In this document: in pieces, positions 54,886 to 64,000 of the stretch
Layout: each line of letters starts with the position of its first letter
Position numbering within the stretch: position 1 is the first letter of the stretch
Assembly (NCBI GenBank): GCA_026914245.1
Contig: CP110439.1
Location: forward strand, 2,852,001-2,916,000
DNA length: 64,000 nt
Source: Puccinia triticina
Taxonomy: Eukaryota
Direction: 5' to 3'
Translations under genes and position numbers: made by a program
Notes under the pieces: generated by a model
Database searches by the model: none
Told to the model about the DNA's origin: nothing
Seen by the model: only the letters and a program-made list of their open reading frames with translations

Positions 54886-55385
54886 CTAAAAATGTCTCAG
54901 AGGGCTTTTACTAGCAGTTTGATAGTGTAAGACGCCAATGATGGGCCAGGAGTGATGTGGTACGACCTGTAAAAGGATTCACATAACTGGGAGGCTTGCT
55001 CAATGAATGTGCATCCATATCAAAACAAGATTTTAATAGGCATTCAAGGAATAACTCAACTTGGTTTCATGGTTTTACCTACAAAAAGGTGAGGGTAATC
55101 AAGAATAGATGTGATTCCTGAATTGAATGATGGGTGAGAATGAAGGCACTGTTCAACTATAGTATGGGTTTAAATTTGCTGTAATAATATTTAAAGGGAT
55201 ACAGTCCATGGGGGTCTATTTATATAGGGACTTGATTAATTGACTACCATAAATTTGACTTCCAACTACCAAGGTTTAAGTTGATAGAACCGCTACCCAA
55301 TTTTGCACCTGGTTCACATGGACCAAAAATTGACCTGGGCGCAATTTGGTAGTTGGAAGTCAAAAATGGAAATACAAAACGGTAG

Positions 55386-55601
55386 CACCAGGAAAAATAA
55401 ATTGTCACTGGACTACAGGTGACATCAGCCTAAGTCCACTGAGCTACCCACCAGTTGCACAGTTGGCCGCATGTACAGCCCCCTCTAGGAAACAAAGGGG
55501 CCATTTTAGCCTAGTTGTGGTAGTGCCAGAGCTGGAAAAAAGTGACAGCCATTGTTGCTTGATGTCACCTGATGTCTGGTGACAATTTATTTTTCCTGGT
55601 G
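55386..55601. mobile_element. 216-bp CACC-type non-autonomous MITE
   Basis: TIR CACCAGGAAAAATAAATTGTCAC at both ends; 3-bp TSD TAG. Confidence 0.85.
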
Positions 55602-55875
55602 TAGTTGGATTGTCAATTTTTGCAAAAATGGCAAAAAAAACAACTCCTCCCTGCGCCGCCCAAGCCCCGCCAAAATTTTACAGAGGGCATAAACCCTCTC
55701 AAGAGCATATTGTGAGGTTCACGGCATTACCACACCTCAGGAATGGGGTGTGCTACTGTGCGCGCATTTTGGCCGGTGTCCTACTAATTAGGAACACCAT
55801 CAAAACCATAGCCACATTGCCCCAAAGGGTCCAAAAACTTTACAGTTCCCAGATTAATACCCTCACACAATCATT

Positions 55876-56021
55876 GGAGGACTTCCCGCCAATCTGGAAA
55901 CCCAGATTTTCCCAGATTTTGCAGGGAAATCTAGGCAGATCTAAGATTTGGGACAATTGAGCCCAGATTTCCCCGCAAAATCTGGAAAAAACTGAGCTCC
56001 CAGATTCACAGGAAGTCCTCC
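55876..56021. mobile_element. MITE with GGAGGACTTCC TIRs
   Basis: Terminal inverted repeats, near-palindromic interior, 3-bp TSD ATT. Confidence 0.8.
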
Positions 56022-56147
56022 ATTAATTTTATTGCGGAGGGCTTACGAGAAAGCTTGGCGAATCAACTTTCTGATGGTAGAAGGGACTCGCCCTCACCAC
56101 CTCCACTATCATCTCCTTGGTTTGTTTGACTGATGACACCAAGCTTA

Positions 56148-59100
56148 TCACGAAACTCCTTGTTCAGTGTCAGAACTCCAAATATACCCCAAGATTTCAT
56201 CCCTCCGCATGGCTCTCAGAACGACCGCCGAAAGCCCTTGCTGAACAGAATCAAAAAGATCGAAAACATTTGGCCTCTTGAAAGATTTTTCTCCAAAATC
56301 AGTATGATGAATTACAAGGCTTGTTATGCTGGTGGTGGTGTTGATTGGGATTCCGTTGAATTGGATCTCGAATGCAATTTGTTTGACGGAAAAGATCATC
56401 TTTTCACTTGAGAATGTCTCTGGTACCGCATTGTGACTGTTTTCATTGGCGCCATCTTGCAGGTGAGTTTTGGCTTTATGAAAAGCTTTTAATTTGATAT
56501 TGAGCTCTGTGATCATCAGAAGTTTGAAATTACTGAGCTCAAGCTCATGCTTTATATCTCTTAATTTCATTTTATCTAGGAAATATTCTTGTCTCATAAT
56601 GTTATGAAACTTTCTCACCTCCCTTGTCTGGTTTTATGGCTTCCAGTGCTTTCATTAATCTTCCTTAACCATTGATCCAATCACAAGATTGCTACCAATA
56701 TATCTCATCATCCTGTAGCAGTTCCTACCTTCATTGCTCATTAAATTTGTACCCTCCTAGAATTCTTTCACACATTACAAACCCATTTTTTTATGGCATC
56801 ATGTATATTGACATTATCAAATGAAAAGAAGCACTTGATTTCTCCACTACGTATTGCACCCTACTTTTTACCTTCATTTCAACAGTAATCAACATGAGGT
56901 GCATGTGAACAAACTTGAGGTCATGCAAAGGTACTGCCAGAATGGTTGTAAAAAGTGAAAATTAGGAAACAAACTAGAGGCCAAGGCGGCTTCGCCGCTG
57001 CAAGGTTCAACTGTTTTTCTAGCATAATTGATAGCTCCAACACCTTGCAAGCATAGTCACCATCTTGCAAAAACTTGCTAAGTGCCTGTATTGTACTTTC
57101 TTGGATAGGAAGTACACCCTCCAAATGACGCAGGACTTCATCCATTCAGACTCAAGTGGAAAGCCTGAGGCTATGAGAGCAGCTTCACAAAGTCACATTT
57201 CAACAAAAATCAAGTTTGACTTTTGGCAAACTGGATTCAATCCATGCATTGCTTTGTTCATGAACAAGTTAAGAGATGATCAGATTGTGTCAAAAACAAG
57301 TGAGAGGCAGATAAAACCTCAATGAGAGGATGGCAACAGGGGACATGGTGAGTACAAGAAGCTGGGGATAATTGTGATCCCTAAATATTTTTGAACAATG
57401 ATGTTTGAATTCTGCAACTGAGAACTTGAGTTTGGTGGGTACACCTACAAGTTTTGTCCTAGAAGAAGAAACAGGGGGAATTGGTCTGACAGTGTGTCCA
57501 AGGCGCAGGTCAAGGATGGTATGGGCCTGTGTGTTTGACATGAACCCCACCTGCGAGTCCAACCAGATGTTGATGCAGCTCTTGAGACCCATGATCTTTG
57601 CCAGCTTCAATACCATCCAACTGATCATCAGTATGCAAATGAAAAGAACCACGGGAACTGTATGGACAAGACGTACTTGTTTAGGCTAGGAAATGCATAG
57701 TTTACCTCTTTACGGGCACGGCGGACCTCTTGCAACCCCGCTCCAGACAAACTGCCAACAGCCAACTCCTGCCCAGCAAGACCAGTTGGATGAGCAGATG
57801 GGGCATGTTCTCCACTGAAGGCATTGAGCTCTGCGCGGACGCGTTTCTTCTTAGCTACTGGGTGTTTCTCCCAGCCTTGGTCTTGACTGGGCTGAGATTC
57901 ATCCAGGCCATCCTCCGTGTCTTCTTTTGTCAGGCCCGAGTCCCGCCGTTTCACACTTGTTGGCTGGCTCGCTAATGTTGCATTGCCCAGATCACTGCCT
58001 GACGGCTTTGGGTCCGCCACCTCGTCCTGCCGTCGCGATCCCGTAGTGGGGACTACACCCTTTGGGGATGGGAGAGTATGCATAGGTAACAAAAACTGAG
58101 CGGGAGAAACATTTTCAAGGATGTGCAGAGGAGTCAGACTTGTCTGTCTCTGCTTTCTCAATCATCACTAAGTTTATCTGGAAAGCCATTGGGTATCTTC
58201 TATCAGGGCCTTTTGATCTTTTGGGCGCGTATTAACGTGTTTGTTCTCATAAAGCTCAGCGGCATCTTTGTCATCTTCAGAGTCTTAGTCGCTGTCAGAT
58301 GAATTTTTGGATGATGAGGATTTATTGAGCTGACTCATAGCACAATTGTGTATCAAAAAGCTTCCTGAACAAGTGTGGGCATCTTCCAAACTTTGATTTT
58401 TGGCGTCATCGTCAGAGTCCTGCGTTTCAGATTGACCTTTGACCCCTCTTCTGTGACCTCAAGTTGAGCAGGTTGTGCAGACGTTGAGTGACCGTTTGGG
58501 ATCAGCTCAGATCCAGCTGGCGAGTATGAGGACTTTATGGGGATAGGGACCATCATCTCGTGGCGTTGATTAGGACGAGATGAAACAAACCGGTCTTGTA
58601 ATGGCTTCGGGGGCTGATACGATGGACCCAACGAAGATCCGCCAGAAACGGGGCACAATATGGTATTGGTCGGCTTCGTGGTTGGTGGCTGCATATCTTT
58701 CGACCCTGATTGCCTAACGCCAGCAATGAGAAAGTCAAGAAAGAGGGGAAATGGAGAAACCCAAAGAAAAAAAAACTTGAATGACTGAAGAAAAGCACCT
58801 AGCTACATAAACATAAAAAAATAAATCTAATTACATGATTGGAACTATGGGTTCCACATAGAGTGAGCAGTACGCACCATAGTTCTATGAGTACAGTTGA
58901 TTCTGAGCAATCCTCTGCCCCGCTGAATTTGTTTATAAAGCTAAGACAATACTCTTCAGGGTCGGTAGAGAACTGGATTCTCCTGCGCTCACGTAGCGCC
59001 AGCAACTCGGCCCGACTTCGGCCAGGGAGTGGAGCAGGTAGCGAGTCTGTTGTTGAGGCGAGTTGATTTCACTTTCCAGTAGCGCACAACCGATGTGTCG
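56148..59100 (-). pseudogene. Degenerate or hypothetical multi-exon gene, no recognisable family
   Basis: Chain of co-oriented short ORFs with GT-AG gaps and stops. Confidence 0.3.
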
Positions 59101-59973
59101 ACCAGGAAGGCCAGAAGATCCAAGCAGTAGCTAACGCCTCGCGGGTCAAAAATCCATCGGCAGCGTGGCGGTGGCGTTGTTGTCAAGAATACATGCAAGC
59201 GGAGTCAAGATCAAGGCTTGCAGCGGTCAATGGTGTATACATAAAAGGGGACCTGCTCTTGGGTTACAATATCCCCCAGGCGTCCTCTGCCGCTGTACTT
59301 CCAGCGTGCAGTTTGTCCTTGCCCCCTCCGCTGTTGCACTTGCGCAGTTTGAGGGGCTAAACTTGTTGGCCCCCCTTTGCATAATGCCTTAACTGCGCGC
59401 GCTGGGGGTCATCCGTGTTTTGTCTTTTAAACCTGCTAGGCAGGAAGGGACAATTCACAAAAAAAAAAATTGTGTTAATTTGTATTTAGAGCTAATTAGT
59501 GTTTGTGAATCTTGTAAAATTGTTAGTGGTCTTTTTTTTTTGTTTATGTGCCCAAGTATAGGGGGAACCCTTGATCCTGAATTCTATGTTTTGCTTTCTT
59601 TAATAAACTTGGATGAGTGCAACCAGCTAGCAAATGGACGTGGCCGCGTAAAACAACCAAAAAGCCGCCAAATGACAAGTCCAGTAAAACTGGGAAAATT
59701 ATCAGATGGGTTTTGTTGCGATCGGAAAAAGGTACCCCTCCTCTCCACCCGCTCCCCTTGCAGGGGAGCGGGGCTGTTTTTAGAAAAGTCGTAGCTTATG
59801 GGATGCAGATGGGAAGAAAAGATGAGGCTTGAAAAAGACACAAGAAAACTGAAGACGTAACATGAAATTTGGGATGTATGTGAGAAAGTCAACGTCTTAT
59901 TGGGCAACTAAAACTTTTCCTAGGTTGTATCACAATAAGGCATAAAGGATAACAATGATTCAACTAAAGCACA

Positions 59974-61932
59974 TCAGACAAACCTGTCCGCCTTCTGAGC
60001 GAAAAGAAGGAGAAAGGTCGAAAAAAGAAGGCCATAAATTGCCATACTTTTCACAAGTGAAGAAGATGCTAGGACATTTTGAACACCTATTGACTGGTGA
60101 CTTGCCACGTTTTCTTTCAGAGTCTGTTTCTTGTACACATTCCAAAACGTTTTTGCAAGAGTTGGGTTTTGGGTGAGATCTGAAATTCCTGTCACCATCC
60201 CATGTGATTTTGGACCATCTGGATGGTAATCTACCACCTTTTCTCTGACAAGTTTTTCACACAGGTCCCAGAGTTTTTTGGCCTGAGTCGTATCTTGAGC
60301 AAGTACTGAGGGTATAGTAACCACCCCAAATGGGTGAAGATAAGCAGCCCTACATAGGAAAAGTATTACCTTAATCATCAACATTGAAGCTCAGGGTATT
60401 TACATATTTTTCCAATAAAAAGCCAGATATGAGTGGCCAAACAAAGAAAATCAGCCTCACCTTAAATTTTTATCCTCTAACTCAAGTGCTGTGGCAGCAT
60501 ATAGGGAATTGAATGCACCATCCTTTGGTGTCAGTAAAACCTTACTATTTGCCCACTAGACAGACAATCATGCCATTAAAGTTCAGCAGGTTCTTTGTGA
60601 AATATATAGTATTGACACTGGTGCTTCAGCTCACAAGGAAAAAAGACTGTTGAAGACATTTCACTGGCAAAACACCTATATTTTGATTATTAAAAACTTG
60701 CATCAATGCTTAATTCTTTCAACTATAACTCAATCTCAATGCAATAACTAAACCTACCAGTTGCAAGTTTAGTGTTTACCCCACCAGGATGCTTTAGAGT
60801 TACATGTTGAAAATCCATCAGCCTCCAAATGATGATTTGCTGGAGGTAATTTTCCCAGTAAAAAAGACTTACAACTGATGTACAAATGATTCTTGTAGAG
60901 CTGAGCCTCCTTTGTAGCTCGTTGGTAAAAAGTATTTTCCATGAAGATTGCAGTAATTGCCCAAATTGCCCGTCAGTTTTCCTTTACAAATCCAACTCAG
61001 AAAATCTGATCTTCTATGCGGCAAAAAAATCAGATGAACTTACCATTAGCTTACTCAAGCCGTACCGGTCCATAGTGAAGTACGAGTGTCTATTTAAGCT
61101 GTCCACCGACGAGAAATCCGGGGTGCCCTTTACCCACGAGTGCGCTACACTGGCAACATTGACAATTCGAACATGTGAACCCGGCTCTTTGGACGTCTTT
61201 TTGAGCAAGTCTAGCAATGGGAACGTGAATGCAAAGTGACCAATAGCGTTGCAAAGCTGCAGCTCAATGCCATCTTCGCTCAGCTGATATGGTGTAAACG
61301 CCTGGAGGACCGTCAAGACATGCCCAAATAGAGAAAAAAGAAAATCAATAATCAGAAACATGAAAGGCTTGAGGTGTTTAGAGTGTGGTGAAAAAAAATC
61401 AACTCAGACTATTCCAGCGTTGTTCACCAGGATATCGAGCCTGTCTTCCTTCCCAAGGAACTCATGAGCTGCCGAATGGGCAGATTTGAGTGAGGTGATG
61501 TCCAAATGTAGAAATTGAGGGTTTGAACCTGGCACAATGACATTGATCTTTTTGATCGCGTCCGTGGTGTCCTTGTCAGCCCTACATGCCAGACTGTTCA
61601 ACGGAAGTCCGTTAGATTCCCTCTGGACTTGTCTGTTTTTGGGTTCAACCCAATTTTCGATTCCAATGCTCACTAGACTTTTGCGCCATGACGAGCGAGT
61701 TCCAAAGCCGTAGCGTAGCCTATACCAGTACTAGAACCTGTAAAAAAATTCAAGAGCCATTTTGTTAACCATTTGATTGAGGCAGCCCTCATTAGATTTC
61801 GAGCTTTGTCAACTCCACCTGTGACAATGGCAATCCAGCCTGTGGATAACTGTTAAAACTAACAATGCATTTTGCAGACGCTTAGCAGAAAATGATTGAC
61901 TTGGGCAGGATTTGAACCAGCGACCTTAGCTT

Positions 61933-61985
<53 letters not shown>

Positions 61986-62412
61986 CCATGCCTGATGTGT
62001 TGATTTTGACCACTGAGGATTACAACATTTCAACAATAACGAAGGGGAAGATAGACAATGTTGAGCATTGAACCATTAAGGATTTGAAAATCTAGTAGAG
62101 AATTTTGGATTGACCTTGGAGATTTGGCATCTGGTCAACCGTCCAATCACTTCCTTTGGCAGATGCAAAAAGCTTTAGTGCAAGTTGAGAGCTTTTGGAG
62201 TCTGCTGACCCTCTGGTAGGATCAATTACTACAGGGGATATTAATATCAATTTACATCGTGCTGCTCGGAATATGGTGCGCCAAGAAAATGAAAAGATCT
62301 GTGCACCTGGTTCCCCATGGTGTACGAAACCATGTGCAAATGGAAGCATGCTCCTTGCTACTTGAAAGAGGCATACAGCCATTACCACTATTATTTGCAA
62401 GAAAATAGACAT
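59974..62412 (-). CDS. Short-chain dehydrogenase/reductase (retinol dehydrogenase/WWOX-like), multi-exon; start uncertain
   Basis: DQMPNLQG|WIAIVTG|SSTGIG, LDILVNNAG, NAIGHF, RIVNVASVAH, YGLSKL (YxxxK), AKKLWDLCEKLV. Confidence 0.85.
61851..62035 (-). mobile_element. 185-bp solo LTR containing a tRNA-like sequence (61897-61986), inside an SDR intron
   Basis: TG...CA; perfect 5-bp TSD ATAAC (61846-50 / 62036-40). Confidence 0.85.
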
Positions 62413-62949
62413 TGAAGAAGGCAGGAAAAGGGATTGAAAAATGTGTGAACCACAAAAAAACCTGCGGACGTAACACGAGTGGGCTTTCAATTTTGCAGAT
62501 TGTTGGAGTGTTCGAGGGTCGTCGTGGAGTCTTTATAAGCGCAATCTGGATGAGAACTCTCCCTGAAAGCCGTCACAGTCAACTTGAGGCATGTATGGCC
62601 AAAGGGTGATCTGATTTCTTCCGACAGTGAAGAAATCAGTTTTTCTGTTGCATATGAACTTCAACCGCTGGTACAAACTCGAGCCGTCATGTCACCGGCC
62701 CTCCCTCACCTCGTTAAAACAATTCGGAATATAGGACTAGGCCAGATTGTTGGATTCCCAATGCACTGATGCTTTGGAATAGGTATTAGCAGAGACGTGA
62801 ACGCCGCACATAAATACAATCTTAGCCCATTTCGTCATCCTGAAGTACATAGCATGGTAACACATTTTTCACACTGACTGGATGGGATTTCAATCTCAAA
62901 AGGCGGGGGGCTGTTGGTAAAGGATGTTCAATTACAAAATTCCAAGTTA

Positions 62950-63335
62950 CAACAGGCTTGAAGATACGAAATTTTGAAACACGACAGGCTAACAGAGCAC
63001 AAACGATGAGTAATAGAATCCGGTTGACAGAAGACATGATAGAAAACAGGAAAGAGGTAAAATTTAACGCAAGTCTTCAGTTTCGGTCGTTGCTGCGCGA
63101 CCTTACAAGTTACAGCCGGAGGGGTTATCATACAAACTTGGAGATGACAGCGGGCTTGAAGACAGGAAGTTTTGAAACAACACAGGATGACAGGGCACGA
63201 ATAATAGAAACCGTTTGACAGAAGACATGATAGAAAACAGGAAAGAGGCAAAATTTGACGCAAGTCTTCAGGTTTGGTCGTCGCTGCGCGACCTGACACT
63301 CGGACTCCCAGAGGGGTTATTACACAAACTTTTTT
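62950..63335. repeat. Diverged tandem duplication, ~192-bp unit x2
   Basis: ttgacagaagacatgatagaaaacaggaaagagg..gctgcgcgacc at 63023 and 63215. Confidence 0.8.
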
Positions 63336-63385
63336 GAAACAACTATGATGTTCAAATTTGGTTTGCATAATTTTAGGGGGTTAAT

Positions 63386-63536
63386 GGAGGACTTCCCGTT
63401 GGCTAAATTGCTTAATCTAGAGGGACAGGCTAAACCTTAGTGGCTGTAGAAATTTGATTGATATTGAGTTTTCACCAGCAAACAAGGTTTAGTGGCCTCC
63501 TCTAAATCAGGCCTTTTAGGCGACGGGAAGTCCTCC
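63386..63536. mobile_element. MITE with GGAGGACTTCCCG TIRs
   Basis: Same terminal 11 bp as 55876-56021; 3-bp TSD AAT. Confidence 0.8.
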
Positions 63537-63542
63537 AATAAA

Positions 63543-63740
63543 TGTACCCGGTTTTTCCGCGTCTGTACCCGGTTTTTGCGTACCCCCTTTTCCGCGTACG
63601 TACCCGGTTTCTTTCTACTCATTTCTACGCAACGCAAATTATAGGCTTAAAATTCATCTAAAATCCTGAAAAGAATTATCATGCATTCAAAATCCCAAAA
63701 AACAACTATCATGCATTCAAAATCCCAAAAAACAACTTTG
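63543..63740. repeat. Short direct repeats (GTACCCGGTTT x3; ~31-bp unit x2), likely TE subterminal DNA
   Basis: Seen directly. Confidence 0.55.
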
Positions 63741-64000
63741 AATGATTCAATTAATTTTTTGCATACCCCCTTTTCCCAAGTGTGTACTAAGGCTTTGTTT
63801 GGAGCCAATATAAATATAGGTGATGTAATCATTGGTTAATTCAATGAAAACTACAAAATTCAACATAAAGCCTTCAAATATTTTTTCTAGGCAGCCTACA
63901 ATACTGGTCTCTTCAATTATGAAGTCAGATTCAACTGATTCAGCCATATTCAGTACTGTAGCACCATTATATTGCTTTTGACCAAAACAAAGCAATATAA

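Noticed and set aside
62775..62820. WNR / RDVNAA, resembling the TnpB/Fanzor RuvC-III motif
   Set aside because: The two parts are in different frames, with nearby stops, no zinc finger and no RuvC-I/II. Likely chance.

Overview
Eukaryotic, intron-rich fungal DNA. Gene content, intron style and TE types point to a basidiomycete, most likely a rust fungus such as Puccinia (inference). 1-23.6 kb is a conserved gene block: SUR7/PalI-like membrane protein, tRNA-Tyr, Gtr2/RagC GTPase, a divergent H4/H3 pair, tRNA-Gly, a HotDog thioesterase, a Pan1/intersectin (Cin1-like) locus followed by DH-PH RhoGEF exons, and a secreted GH125. 24.1-54.9 kb is one degenerate Ty3/Gypsy chromovirus split by five insertions. 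The largest is a 22.1-kb CACC-terminated CACTA/EnSpm DNA transposon (43-bp TIRs, AGA TSD). It carries a transposase, a RING-less Rad5/16-type SNF2 ATPase, two paralogous unknown proteins, orphan genes and five copies of a 38-bp palindrome. Two short solo LTRs each contain a structurally conserved tRNA-like gene. 55-64 kb holds MITEs, a degenerate gene and an SDR oxidoreductase. Exon borders were read by eye and are approximate unless stated.
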